Origin: an uncultured delta proteobacterium
Lineage (GTDB): Bacteria > Myxococcota > Myxococcia > Myxococcales > Anaeromyxobacteraceae
Direction of reading: 5' to 3'
Assembly: GCA_963818535.1 (NCBI GenBank)
Contig: CAWFSM010000008.1
Location: 760,892-824,891, forward strand
DNA: 64,000 bases
Of the stretch, positions 45,601 to 57,064 are shown piece by piece (within the stretch, counting starts at the first letter, position 1; every line of letters starts with the position of its first letter). The notes under the pieces were generated by a model, which did no database searches, was not told the DNA's origin, and saw only the letters and a list, made by a program, of their open reading frames with translations. Made by a program: the position numbers and the translations under genes.

Positions 45601-46260
45601 ATTCCGGGAGTGCGTTCGACGACGAAGCGCGAGTAGAGGTCCAGGACGACGGCCAGGTAGATCCAGCCGTCGCCGGCGCGGAGGAATCGGTCGTGTCGGC
45701 CGACCCAGCTCTGGTTCGGCGCTGCGGGCTGGAACTTGCGGTCGAGGAGGTTCGGCGCGACCGGCTGGTCGTGTTCTCCGTCGCGTTCACGGCGCGGTAC
45801 GCGGCGCTGCTGGCGCGCAGCGAGCTTCTCCGCCTGCATCAGGCGAATCACGCGGCTTGCGGCTCACGAAGATTCCCTGGGCCTGGAGCTCCGCATGGAC
45901 GCGCGGGCTGCCGTACGTGCTTCCGGCTGCGCTCGTGCGCCTCGCGGATGAGGAGCGACAGACGCGCGTCCTCGAGCGCGCGCTCGACGGCGGCCGCCTG
46001 CCCAGGCGTAGAACCCGGCTCGCGACACCTGGAGCAGCCGGCGAGCTTCGTGATCTGGTGGAAGGGCCTCTCCGCGTCGATGAACGCGAACTGCACCTCT
46101 GGCTGCTTCGCGAAGAAGGCCGCGGCCTTGTTGTTGGGAGTTCCCGGTCGCTCGGCGAAGGACCGGATCTCCATGCGGCGGGCCCGGGCGGCGCCGCCGC
46201 GGAGCCCGCCGGGCGTCCCCTTGCCCAGATCGGGTACCCTCTCCGAGGGACCCCACGCGG
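45601..46260 (-). mobile_element. IS3-family transposase remnant (end of orfA plus N-terminal third of orfB), frameshifted and truncated; boundaries approximate
   Basis: Minus-strand translations: ..NKAAAFFAKQ (orfA C-terminus), LLQVSRAGFYAW (HTH), ERALEDARLSLLIREAHERS, LMQAEKL.AR, NLLDRKFQPAAPNQSWV and WIYLAVVLDLYSR. There is no DDE core and no terminal repeats. Confidence 0.7.
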
Positions 46261-46302
46261 GAGGAATGCCCCTGAGCCGATATCGAACTAGGATGCGGCC
46301 CC

Positions 46303-46614
46303 ATGGCGAGCCCCGTCGAAGTGCTATCCGGCGTGCCGTTCGATCAAGCCGAGCGGGCCATCGCCCTCCTTCGCAATGCCGGGATCCCCGTCAACGTGCG
46401 CAAGGTCGTCGAAGGGCGGTGGCTATACGTCGCACCGATGGACGAGGAGAAGGCACGCGCGTTGCTCGCGGCTCACCGGTTCCCGGCTCCGATGGGTTCG
46501 CCCGTCGAACCGAAGGTCGTGAAGCAGGCGGCGGAGGCGGCGCCGGGTGACGACGTGTGGGCCCTGCTCACGCAGGAGGAGCCGCCCTGGCCCAGCGTGT
46601 ACTCGTTCCCCTGA
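46303..46614 (+). CDS. Hypothetical protein, DUF2007-like (putative signal-transducing fold)
   Basis: 103 aa with the pattern V...FDQAERAIALLRNAGIP..... Confidence 0.4.
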   Translation: MASPVEVLSGVPFDQAERAIALLRNAGIPVNVRKVVEGRWLYVAPMDEEKARALLAAHRFPAPMGSPVEPKVVKQAAEAAPGDDVWALLTQEEPPWPSVYSFP

Positions 46615-46637
46615 ACTACGTCGTGGAGTGATTCGTC

Positions 46638-46952
46638 TCAGCAGGCGGCGCGTGCGCCGCAAGAGTCGGCGATCTCGCGGACGATGTCCGGGGAGATGGA
46701 CTCGAAGCGAACCCCGACCGACCCGGCGATTCCCAGGCGGGGGTTTCCCGGCCGCGCCCATACCACGCGTCCGGTGAAACGTTCGTCCTGGCCACGATGG
46801 AGGATCGTTCCCTCGAACCGCGAGTCGACCGGTAGGACACGCATCACGCTCGTGCAGAAGCCACCGGGCCCGAGGTCATTCGTGAGGGAGGAACCCCTCG
46901 GCGTGACGACGCGCACCCGGACGCGCCGGCGCGGGAAACTTCGAGGAATCAA
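46638..46952 (-). CDS. PilZ-domain protein; start uncertain (TTG at 46952, ORF open to 47105)
   Basis: PRRRVRVRV ... NDLGPGGF matches the RxxxR / D.S.GG c-di-GMP-binding signature. Confidence 0.5.
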   Translation of the reverse strand: MIPRSFPRRRVRVRVVTPRGSSLTNDLGPGGFCTSVMRVLPVDSRFEGTILHRGQDERFTGRVVWARPGNPRLGIAGSVGVRFESISPDIVREIADSCGARAAC

Positions 46953-47083
46953 AGGACCACCCCCATGACGAGTGGATACACCGGGTCGGCGAACCGAGGC
47001 AACGACTTGTCCCGCGAGCGAGCGACATAACTTGGGGCGTAAATTAGTACTTGCCGCTCGCCGGGCGGATCCTCCACAACCTC

Positions 47084-47665
47084 TTACGGCCAGACCTCGC
47101 TGCACTGCAGCGTGCGGGCCCCATCGTACCGACCTGTTGCGATGTCGGCGTAGACCACCGAGACCCCTCCGAGAAGGGCGGAGACCGACTTCCCCTCCCG
47201 GTCGGAACTCCAGGCGACCCGGACCGTCAGCGTGCCCATGATGTCATTGGCGCTTGCGGTCGAGACGATGGGCCACGGAATGCAAGGCAGGCGGGCCGTC
47301 ATGATGTTGAGGGTCTGGTTCGGCCCGAGCGCTTCCGTGAAGTCGAAGAAGCGCGCCGGGTCGAAGGCCTTCACCGGCAGGGGGTTGCCCTCGGCGAAGG
47401 CGCAGAGCTGGTGCCCGTTCCGGTCGAACACGGTGATGCTGTCGATGACGAGCGAAGCGCCCGGGTTCGGATTGGTGAACGACAGAATCGAGTAGGCAAC
47501 CATGGTCGGAACGGTCGCGGCGCCCGGTTGCGCAAGAAAGTTGGCCGCGCTGCAGACCGTCGTCCGCTGCTGGGCCGTGGCCTCGGATGGCCCGACGAGA
47601 AGAATACCCGTGGCTCCAGCCACGATGAGGCGGAAGACGCGACCTGCCGTGAGTTTCGAGTCCAT
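47084..47665 (-). CDS. Secreted hypothetical protein (193 aa)
   Basis: ATG 6 nt after AAGGAGAAGGGA. Signal peptide ...LLVGPSEATAQ. Confidence 0.55.
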   Translation of the reverse strand: MDSKLTAGRVFRLIVAGATGILLVGPSEATAQQRTTVCSAANFLAQPGAATVPTMVAYSILSFTNPNPGASLVIDSITVFDRNGHQLCAFAEGNPLPVKAFDPARFFDFTEALGPNQTLNIMTARLPCIPWPIVSTASANDIMGTLTVRVAWSSDREGKSVSALLGGVSVVYADIATGRYDGARTLQCSEVWP

Positions 47666-48404
47666 TCCCTTCTCCTTGGGGTTCGAGGTTCGACCAGCGA
47701 CGAGAGCACGGAGAGTGCTGGACCAAGGTGGGACGTCGCCTGGAACGAATGTTTCGAGGCTCCTGAGGCCTGGCGGGGCGCGATGTGACGCACCATGCGT
47801 GCAGGCCGCCCGAATGGTCCTCCCCGGGTTCCTGCGCGTTCCCGCGCCGGTCCGGGGGAAGCCGGGTCCTGGTCCATCGGTTTCCCGGACAAGGCGCAGA
47901 GAGCCGGAGCACGGCCCGTTGGCACCTCCCCCTGAAGCGGCGAGCCGTGCGACTCTGCGCCCCTCGGTCCCCTCCGAGTCGCCCTCGACCCGGGTGAGGA
48001 ATCCCTCCCCCTTGGTGCAGACGTTCCACTGGCATTTCAGGCTCTTGCAGATGGTAGCCCGGGCATATTCCGTGCATTCCTCATGGCGTCTCCATGCAGC
48101 ACCCCTTCCTGGAGACGAGGGGAAACGAGGTCTCGGATGGGCCCGATCCTGGCCGTCGTCGCCGCAGCCGCCGTGCTCGTGCTGGCTTTCAGCCGATCGA
48201 CGGCGCCCGAGACCCGGGGCGCCGACCGTGCGAACGGCGGCGGTCGAGCGCTCAGTTCCTAGTCTCCCCCCGCCAGGCGTGAACCCGGGCGACCTGGGCC
48301 CAAGCATCCGCGTCGTCCGCGAAGCCCGTCGACGGGCGAGGAGCGCGCCGGGCCGCCGGAGCGGCGAAGGAGACAGCCCCTCGCACCCCTGGTAGAAACG
48401 GCCC

Positions 48405-49223
48405 ATGCGCGTCGCCTACCTGGGCCCACCTGGAACCTTCAGCGAGGAGGCGGTTTCCCGCTGTCCGGCGCTCGCGGGTGCGGATCGGCAGCCGTTCCCA
48501 AGCTTCGCCGACGCCTACGAGTCCGCCCTGAGGGGGGAGGTCGACGCCGCGCTCCTGCCGGTCGAGAACTCCATCGAGGGGGCCGTGGGGGCCACCCTCG
48601 ACCTCATGGTGCAGCGCCCCGGCCTGCGCATCCGCCAGGAACTGGTGCTCCCGGTGGAGCAGCACTTCCTGGTACGTGCCGGCACCGAACTCGCCGCCAT
48701 CCGGCGTGTCCTCTCCCATCCGCAGGCCCTCGGGCAGTGCTCCGCGTTCCTGCGCCAGCGGCTGCCTGGCGTCCCGACCGAGCCGACCCTCTCCACCGCC
48801 GATGCAGCGCGGCGCGCCGCCGAGGAACCGGGCCTGGCCGCCATCGGCGGAAGGGGAGCGGCGGAGCGGTACGGTCTCGTCATCCTGGCGCCCTCCATCC
48901 AGGATGCGGCGGAGAACTTCACCCGGTTCGTCCTGCTGGGCAGGGAGGACGGGAAGTCCACGGGCCGCGACCGGACCAGCATCGCCTTCACCCTCGACCG
49001 TGACCGGCCGGGCGGCCTCTACGAGGTCATCGCCGAGTTCGCCACCCGGCGCATCAACCTGTCGCGCATCGAGAGCCGTCCCACCAAGACCGCCGTGGGT
49101 CACTACGTGTTCTTCCTCGATTTCGAGGGGCACCGCGCCGAGCCGGAGTGCGCCGACGCGCTCGCCGGAGTCCGGAGGCAGGTGCACATGATGCTGCTGC
49201 TCGGGTCCTATCCGCGCGCCTGA
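48405..49223 (+). CDS. pheA: Prephenate dehydratase
   Basis: YLGPPGTFSEEA, PVENSIEGAV, and ESRPTK in the ACT domain. Confidence 0.9.
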   Translation: MRVAYLGPPGTFSEEAVSRCPALAGADRQPFPSFADAYESALRGEVDAALLPVENSIEGAVGATLDLMVQRPGLRIRQELVLPVEQHFLVRAGTELAAIRRVLSHPQALGQCSAFLRQRLPGVPTEPTLSTADAARRAAEEPGLAAIGGRGAAERYGLVILAPSIQDAAENFTRFVLLGREDGKSTGRDRTSIAFTLDRDRPGGLYEVIAEFATRRINLSRIESRPTKTAVGHYVFFLDFEGHRAEPECADALAGVRRQVHMMLLLGSYPRA

Positions 49224-50062
49224 GCCGGAGGGGCGCCGATCGCGGCGCCGAGGGCGCGGAGGTGCTCCTGCCCCGCGCCGCAGCACCCCCCCACGAGCGT
49301 CGCGCCGGCCCGGACCGCGGCGGCCACGCCGGCCGCGAACGCGGCTGGACCGATGGGCTGCCCCGGAAGGCCGGCGTTCGGTTTCACCACCAGGGGAATG
49401 GGGACCCGCGTCGCCAGGCCGGCGATCACCTGGGCCAGCCGGGCGTCAGGCGCGACGCAGTTCACGCCCACCGCCGCCGCTCCGTCCCGCCAGAGCGCCC
49501 CCAGGAAGTCCAGGGCCGGCGAGCCGTCGAGGGCGGTCATCCCGCCGGGGGCGGGCAGGAGGAAGGCGGTCACGAGCACGGGGAGCCCCAGCCTCCGGCC
49601 GGCCTCGAGCGCCGCCCGGGCCTCGCCGAGATCCAGTTGCGTCTCGGCGCAGATCAGGTCCACACCCGCCGTGGCCAGCGCCCGGAACGGACCCTCGTAC
49701 CGTTCGCGGAATTCGGCCGGGGACGGGCCCCCGCCTCCGGGGCGAGCGAGCCCGGTCGCCCCGGCGCAACCGGCGACGGCCAGTGGTCGCGCCGAACGGG
49801 CGAGAGCCACCGCACGGTGGGCCACCTCCGCGACGCGGAGGGTGGGGTCGACGAGGTCGAGGCGGGCCAGGTTGAACGTGCAGGTGAGGACGACCTCCGC
49901 GCCTGCGGCCACGTGGGCCTCGTGCACCGCGGCGACCTCCCACGGCCGGACGAGGACCCATGCTTCGGGAACCTGGTGGGTCGGCAGCCCGCGAGCGAGG
50001 AGCGCGGTTCCCATGGCCCCGTCGAGGCGGACGACACGACCGGAACGGGGTCCGGGAATCAA
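49208..50062 (-). CDS. Homocysteine S-methyltransferase domain protein
   Basis: LDGAMGTAL, CETQ-like CAETQ, and GGCCG near the C-terminus. TTG start overlaps the upstream stop (TTGA). Confidence 0.75.
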   Translation of the reverse strand: MIPGPRSGRVVRLDGAMGTALLARGLPTHQVPEAWVLVRPWEVAAVHEAHVAAGAEVVLTCTFNLARLDLVDPTLRVAEVAHRAVALARSARPLAVAGCAGATGLARPGGGGPSPAEFRERYEGPFRALATAGVDLICAETQLDLGEARAALEAGRRLGLPVLVTAFLLPAPGGMTALDGSPALDFLGALWRDGAAAVGVNCVAPDARLAQVIAGLATRVPIPLVVKPNAGLPGQPIGPAAFAAGVAAAVRAGATLVGGCCGAGQEHLRALGAAIGAPPAQARG

Positions 50063-51453
50063 TCGAGATCCACCGACTCGAGGTGGGCCGGGACGTGGAC
50101 CTGCCAGCCCCGGGCCTCGATTCTCGCCGCCTGGGCGGAGAGCGCGGTCGGCTCCCCGTGGACGCAGAAGGTCCGCCGGGGCGGGCGCGGCGAGCCGTCG
50201 AGCCAGCGCGCCACCTCGTCCTTGTCCCCGTGGGCGGAGAATCCCGGGAGGGTGACCACCCGCGCCCGCACCGGGACGTCCTTCCCGTGCATGCGCACGG
50301 TCGCCGCCCCGTTCTGCAGGCTCCAGCCGCGGGTCCCGACGGCCTGGAAGCCGACCAGCACGACGGTGGTGCTGGCCTCCGGAAGGCGCCGCTCCAGGTG
50401 GTGGAGCACGCGCCCTCCCGTCGCCATGCCGGAGGCGGAGATGATGATGCACGGACCGTGAACGTTGTTGATCGCCTTCGACTGGTCGGTGGTGCGGGTG
50501 AAGCGGAGCGTCTTCGGGCAGAGGGGCTCGACCCCGCTCTCGAGCAGCCTGTCCATCTCCAGGTCGTGGTCTTCCCGGTGGGCGCGGTAGACCGGCGTCG
50601 CGTCGGAGGCCATGGGCGAGTCGACGAAGACCGGGAGAGAGGGGATGCGCCCGGCCTGCTCCAGCTGCCGCAGGAGGAAGAGCACCTCCTGGGTCCGGCC
50701 GATGGCGAACGCGGGGAAGAGCATGGCGCCTCCGCGCGCCACCGCGGCGAGGACCTCCCGCTCCAGTGCCGCGGCTGCCGTGTCGGGAGGGTGCGCCCGG
50801 TCCCCGTAGGTCGATTCGACCACCAGGAAGTCGCATTCCGGCGGGGGCTCCGGGTCCGGCAGGATGGGCGCGCCGTACCTGCCCAGGTCGCCCGAGAAGA
50901 GGATCCGCAGGGGCTGGCCGGAGGTGGCGTGGCAGGTGAGCAGCGCCGAGGCGCTGCCGAGGATGTGCCCCGCACGTGTGTAGCTCAGGGTGAACCCGGG
51001 CACGATCTCCCGGGACTTGCCGTAGCGAAGCGTCGTCAGCCGCTCGATCGCCGTCGCGGCGTCGGCCACCTCGTAGAGGGGAAGGGCCCGGGGAGCGTGG
51101 CGGGAGTAGCCCTTGGCGTTGGCGTAACGGGCTTCCTCCTCCTGCAGCTTGGCCGAGTCGGGAAGCATGATGCGCGCGAGGTCGGCGGTCGCGGGTGTGC
51201 AGATGGCCTCCCCGCGAAACCCGGATCGGCAGAGCAGCGGGAGCGCCCCGGAATGGTCGATGTGCGCATGGGTGAGGACCACCGCGTCGATCGAGTCCGG
51301 GGGCACCGGGAAAGGCGCCCAGTTGCGGAGCCGGTACTCCTTCAATCCCTGGAACAGGCCGGCGTCGACGAGAACCCGCCTGCCGGCGGCCTCGACGAGA
51401 AACCGGGACCCGGTGACCGTGCCTGCTGCGCCGAGGAAGCGGATGGACGCCAT
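50059..51453 (-). CDS. MBL-fold beta-CASP family hydrolase (RNA-metabolising metallo-beta-lactamase)
   Basis: LTHAHIDHSG, beta-CASP region, and C-terminal GFSAHGD. Confidence 0.85.
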   Translation of the reverse strand: MASIRFLGAAGTVTGSRFLVEAAGRRVLVDAGLFQGLKEYRLRNWAPFPVPPDSIDAVVLTHAHIDHSGALPLLCRSGFRGEAICTPATADLARIMLPDSAKLQEEEARYANAKGYSRHAPRALPLYEVADAATAIERLTTLRYGKSREIVPGFTLSYTRAGHILGSASALLTCHATSGQPLRILFSGDLGRYGAPILPDPEPPPECDFLVVESTYGDRAHPPDTAAAALEREVLAAVARGGAMLFPAFAIGRTQEVLFLLRQLEQAGRIPSLPVFVDSPMASDATPVYRAHREDHDLEMDRLLESGVEPLCPKTLRFTRTTDQSKAINNVHGPCIIISASGMATGGRVLHHLERRLPEASTTVVLVGFQAVGTRGWSLQNGAATVRMHGKDVPVRARVVTLPGFSAHGDKDEVARWLDGSPRPPRRTFCVHGEPTALSAQAARIEARGWQVHVPAHLESVDLD

Positions 51454-51470
51454 GGTCCCGCGATTCTACA

Positions 51471-51899
51471 ATGCGCCGCCGGGAACGCGGCAGGAAGGTC
51501 GGAGAGTTCATGCGGCGCAAGATCCGGGTCGTGGGCGCGATGATCGAGAAGGACGGCCGCTACCTCATCACGCAGCGCTCGCCGACGGCGTCCCTTCCGC
51601 TCCTCTGGGAGTTCCCTGGAGGCCGTGTGGAGCCCGGCGAGACCGACGAGGCGGCGCTCGCACGCGAACTGGAGGAGGAGATGGACATCTCCGTCCGGGT
51701 CGGGGAGCGGGTGATCCACGTCGAGCATTCCTACGCCAGCTACGACATCGACTTCTGCGTCTACCGCTGCGAGATACGGGCGGGGGCCGTCCAGAACGCG
51801 CGGGTCCACGACCACCGATGGGTGCGGCCCGACGAGCTCGACCAGTACGAATTCCCGGCGGCCGACGAGAAGACCGTCGCGAAGCTCCTGGGCCTGTAG
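51471..51899 (+). CDS. mutT: NUDIX hydrolase, MutT/8-oxo-dGTP diphosphatase-like
   Basis: WEFPGGRVEPGETDEAALARELEEEMDI. The start may be the Met at 51510. Confidence 0.75.
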   Translation: MRRRERGRKVGEFMRRKIRVVGAMIEKDGRYLITQRSPTASLPLLWEFPGGRVEPGETDEAALARELEEEMDISVRVGERVIHVEHSYASYDIDFCVYRCEIRAGAVQNARVHDHRWVRPDELDQYEFPAADEKTVAKLLGL

Positions 51900-51948
51900 C
51901 GATTGACACGGCCTTTCGCGGCCTTAGGTTGCGTCGCGGGAGGAAGTC

Positions 51949-52461
51949 TTGACCGATCGACGCGCCGCCGGTTTCAGCGAACTCGAGGAGATGTTGAAGG
52001 CCCAGGCCGGGCGGATCGACGAGCTGACCCGGACCTGCGCCTCCCTGGTCGAGGACAACAAGGCATTTCGCCAGCGGACCGAGCGGGAGAAGGAGCGGGT
52101 GCTCGAAGCCGAGAAGTCCCGGCTCGCCCAGGTTCTCCTGGAGACCCATGACGGCCTCGAGATGGCGTTCCGCGCCTCCGGACGCGACCTCGGCGACGGC
52201 CCGGCGCTGGGCGACCTCCGCGAGGGGGTCCGGCTGACCCTGGCGACGCTGGAGAAGCGCATCGCCGAGATGGGAGCCGTCCGTCTCGAGGTCGTCGGGC
52301 TGCCGTTCGACCCCCGCACCGGAGAGGCGATCGACCTCGCGGTGGTGGACGACGAGGCGAAGGACGGCATCGTGATGGAGGAGTTGCGCCCCGGGTGGCG
52401 AATCGGAGACCGGGTGCTTCGAGCGGCCCGCGTGCGGGTCGGGCGGCTCGTCCGGGCCTGA
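51949..52461 (+). CDS. grpE: Nucleotide exchange factor GrpE
   Basis: Coiled-coil N-terminus, then G......G..FDP..HEA-like GLPFDPRTGEAI and GW..GDRVLR.A.V.V. Confidence 0.8.
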   Translation: MTDRRAAGFSELEEMLKAQAGRIDELTRTCASLVEDNKAFRQRTEREKERVLEAEKSRLAQVLLETHDGLEMAFRASGRDLGDGPALGDLREGVRLTLATLEKRIAEMGAVRLEVVGLPFDPRTGEAIDLAVVDDEAKDGIVMEELRPGWRIGDRVLRAARVRVGRLVRA

Positions 52462-52545
52462 CCTCCGCGGGGACCCGGGGAATACGCCCGGTGTCCATCC
52501 GGTTTCCCGCATGTTTTCTCCCAACCAACGAGCGAGAGAGGTTCC

Positions 52546-54129
<1,584 letters not shown>

Positions 54130-54211
54130 CCCCTACGAGGGTGTAGGTGAAGGTCGGAAGTTTGACGACATCGAGCCTCCGCCGTACCGTTCGCGGCGGA
54201 GGTTTCACTCG

Positions 54212-54589
54212 ATGTCCTGGTTCCGGCGAGAGGTCGAGGAAGGTGCCGAGGCACGGCCGAGTCCGTCGGACCGCCGCACGGGGTCCCGGCTCGACAAGGT
54301 GTTCCCGGTCTGGCTCGAGGGGCACCACGGATGCGGGATGGGCATCGCCCGGAACATCTCCGAGGGAGGCATGTTCGTGGAGACGGCCACCCCGCACCCC
54401 ATCGGTTCGCAGGTGCACGTCTCCTTCCCGTCCGAGGCGGGGGACATGACCGCGGTCGGGGAGGTGCGCTACGTGTGTCACCTCGTGGGGCGAAAGGCCG
54501 GGCAGGACGTGCAGGCCTCCGTCCACGGCATGGGCGTTCGCTTCCTCTACTTCGAGGCCCGGGGCGAGGCGCAGCGCGCGCTCCACTAG
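54212..54589 (+). CDS. PilZ-domain protein
   Basis: RR....R-like N-terminus, ARNISEGGMFVET, and C-terminal GMGVRF. Confidence 0.6.
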   Translation: MSWFRREVEEGAEARPSPSDRRTGSRLDKVFPVWLEGHHGCGMGIARNISEGGMFVETATPHPIGSQVHVSFPSEAGDMTAVGEVRYVCHLVGRKAGQDVQASVHGMGVRFLYFEARGEAQRALH

Positions 54590-54643
54590 GAGCGGCGCGA
54601 GCGCGAGCAGGCCCCGGAGCACCGGCCGTGTTATCCGAACTGG

Positions 54644-55433
54644 ATGGATGAACCGTCCGTTCCCCTGGCCGTCGAGACCCGAGCGCTGACCCGGCTCTTC
54701 GACGGGAAGCCCGCCGTCTCCAGGCTCGACCTCCGCGTCCCCGTGGGGGCGTTCTACGGCTTCCTCGGACCGAACGGCGCCGGCAAGAGCACCACCATGA
54801 AGATGCTCACCGGCCTGCTCCGCCCCACCCAGCGGCGAGGCGCGCGTGCTGGGCGCCGACCTGTCCCGGGACGGACTCTCGGTCAAGGGGCGCATCGGAG
54901 TCGTCCCCGACGGCCTGGCGCTCTTCGAGCGCCTCTCGGGAGCCGAGATGCTGCGGATCCAGGGACAGCTCTACGGACTCGAGCGCAAGGTCGCCGCGCT
55001 GCGCGCCGCGGAGCTCCTCGAGGCGATGGAGCTGGCGGCGGAGGGCGGGAAGCTCGTCCAGGACTACAGCCACGGGATGAAGAAGAAGCTCGCGCTGGCT
55101 TGCGCCCTGATCCACGGGCCCGAGCTCCTCTTCCTCGACGAGCCGTTCGAGGGGATCGATGCGGTGGCGGTCTCGGGCATCCGGCGGATGCTCCAGGACC
55201 TGGTGACCCGCCGGTCGCTCACCATCTTCCTGACCAGCCACGTCCTGGAGGTGGTGGAGCGGCTCGTCACCCACGTCGGGATCATCCACAAGGGCGAGCT
55301 CATCGCGCAGGGATCGCTCGAGGAGGTCCGGGCGGCCGGATCGCTGGAGGAGACCTTCATCCGGCTCGTGGGAGACGAGCGGCCGGCGGGTCCTGGGCTC
55401 TCCTGGCTGGGCACGCGGGAGCTCGAGGCGTGA
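54644..55433 (+). CDS. ABC transporter ATP-binding protein; apparent frameshift at ~54829 (C-run)
   Basis: GPNGAGKST (Walker A), signature YSHGMKKKL, and Walker B LLFLDEP. Confidence 0.85.
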
Positions 55434-57055
55434 TCGAACAACTCCGGGTGCTCGCGGAGCTCCGCGCGCGGCTCCTCTGGCGCCGGTTCACCGCCCGCGG
55501 GGGAATCGCCGAGGGTGTGGCGAGCGTGGTCCTGCTCGCCATCGCCGTCCCGGTGGGCCTGGGCTTCGCCGTCGCGGTGGGGTTCGGCGCCTACCAGGCG
55601 GTGAAGGCCGGGGGTGGCCTTCGCACCGACGTGGGAGCGGCCGCCATCTTCTTCGGCCTCTGGCAGACCTGGACGGCGGTGAGCCTCACCCTGAACGACA
55701 GGGAGGGTCTCGACCTGCGGCGCTTCCTGGTGTTCCCGATCCCGGCGGGCAGGGTCTACGCGATGGGACTGCTGACCGGGATCCTCGGCGATCCGATGGG
55801 GGTCGTCTGGGGCGCGATGCTCGGAGGGGTCTTCGTGGGAGCGGCCATCGCCCGGCCCGGAGCCTGGCTGCTCCTCTTCCTCGTCGTGCTCGTCGCGTTC
55901 GCGGTGGCCACGATCATCTTCGTGGCGCTCGTGCAGGAGTTGCTCTCCGCGGTGCTCTCGACCCGGAGGATCCGGGAGTGGGCGATGCTGGGATCGGTCG
56001 GTGCCTCCGTGGGCATCCTCGCGGTCCTGGTCTGGTCCGCGGACCGGCCGTTCCGCGCCGCCTTGGACGTGCTCCCCACCCTGCGGGTCGTCCAGTGGCT
56101 GGCCTGGCCCGCGGCGTTCCCCGCCGCGGCGGCACGGGCGCTCTTCGCCGGGCACGCCGCCGAGAGCCTGCCCTGGCTCGCCGGGCTCGCCGCTGGAACC
56201 GCGTTCACGGGCTGGCTCGCCTACCGGATCGCCCTCGCCCAGGCGCTCGGGGCGGGCGCTTCCGGCGAGGGGTCGGCCGGTCGCCCTGGGGCCGTCGGTC
56301 TGGGTTGGCGGGGCGGCCGTCTCGGCGCGCTGGTCGAGAAGGAAGCGCGGTACCTCTTCCGGCAACCGCTGGCCCGGGTCGACGCCTTCCTCGCCCCGGT
56401 CATCATGGCCGTCGTCGCGTTGAAGGTCGAGCCGCGCATCCCCGTCGAGGCGGGGGAGGTCGTCCGCGCGCTGCCGCTCTTCGGCGCAGCGCTCTACGCC
56501 CACCTGCTCCTGCAGGCCTTCTGGCTGAACGCGTTCGGCTGGGAACGGGGCGGCGCGCGCGCCTTCTTCCTCGCCCCGATGGACCTCTCGTGGGTCCTTC
56601 GGGCCAAGGCGCTCGTCCTCTACTGCTACAGCCTGCTGCTCTTCCTCGCGTCCGCGGCGGTCCTGGCAACGGTCGGGAAGGGAACCGCCCCGGCCTGGGC
56701 GTTCGCCGGGGCCCTGGTCCTCCACGCTGCCACGGCGCCGTGGCTCCTCCTGTCCGGGTACCTGGTCTCGATCCTGCGTCCCAAGGCCGCATCCTTCGCC
56801 ATCCAGCGCAGCTCGGCGGTCTCCACCTTCTCCGGACTGATCGGGATGGGAATCATCTCGGCGGTGATGGGAGTCTTCGCGCTGCCGGCCCTCGTCGCGG
56901 TTCGCAGCGAGTCGCCGGCGGCGCTGGTCGCCGGCTGGGGGATCCTGGGGCTGCTCGGGGCCTGGGCCTTCCGGAAGGCCATCCCGCGGGAGGCGCGCCT
57001 GCTCGCAGACCGGCGGGACGAGTTCCTCCCGGCGGTCTGCGGCGACGACGCCTGA
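55430..57055 (+). CDS. Large polytopic membrane protein, putative ABC exporter permease partner (541 aa)
   Basis: GTGA overlap with the ATPase stop. At least 10 hydrophobic segments. Confidence 0.6.
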   Translation: MIEQLRVLAELRARLLWRRFTARGGIAEGVASVVLLAIAVPVGLGFAVAVGFGAYQAVKAGGGLRTDVGAAAIFFGLWQTWTAVSLTLNDREGLDLRRFLVFPIPAGRVYAMGLLTGILGDPMGVVWGAMLGGVFVGAAIARPGAWLLLFLVVLVAFAVATIIFVALVQELLSAVLSTRRIREWAMLGSVGASVGILAVLVWSADRPFRAALDVLPTLRVVQWLAWPAAFPAAAARALFAGHAAESLPWLAGLAAGTAFTGWLAYRIALAQALGAGASGEGSAGRPGAVGLGWRGGRLGALVEKEARYLFRQPLARVDAFLAPVIMAVVALKVEPRIPVEAGEVVRALPLFGAALYAHLLLQAFWLNAFGWERGGARAFFLAPMDLSWVLRAKALVLYCYSLLLFLASAAVLATVGKGTAPAWAFAGALVLHAATAPWLLLSGYLVSILRPKAASFAIQRSSAVSTFSGLIGMGIISAVMGVFALPALVAVRSESPAALVAGWGILGLLGAWAFRKAIPREARLLADRRDEFLPAVCGDDA

Positions 57056-57064
57056 TACGACCGG

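Noticed and set aside
45848-46180. Functional IS3 programmed -1 frameshift site (A AAA AAG type) between orfA and orfB
   Set aside because: No slippery motif is visible around the AAAFFAKQ region, and the element is truncated and multiply frameshifted, so it is not a functional IS.
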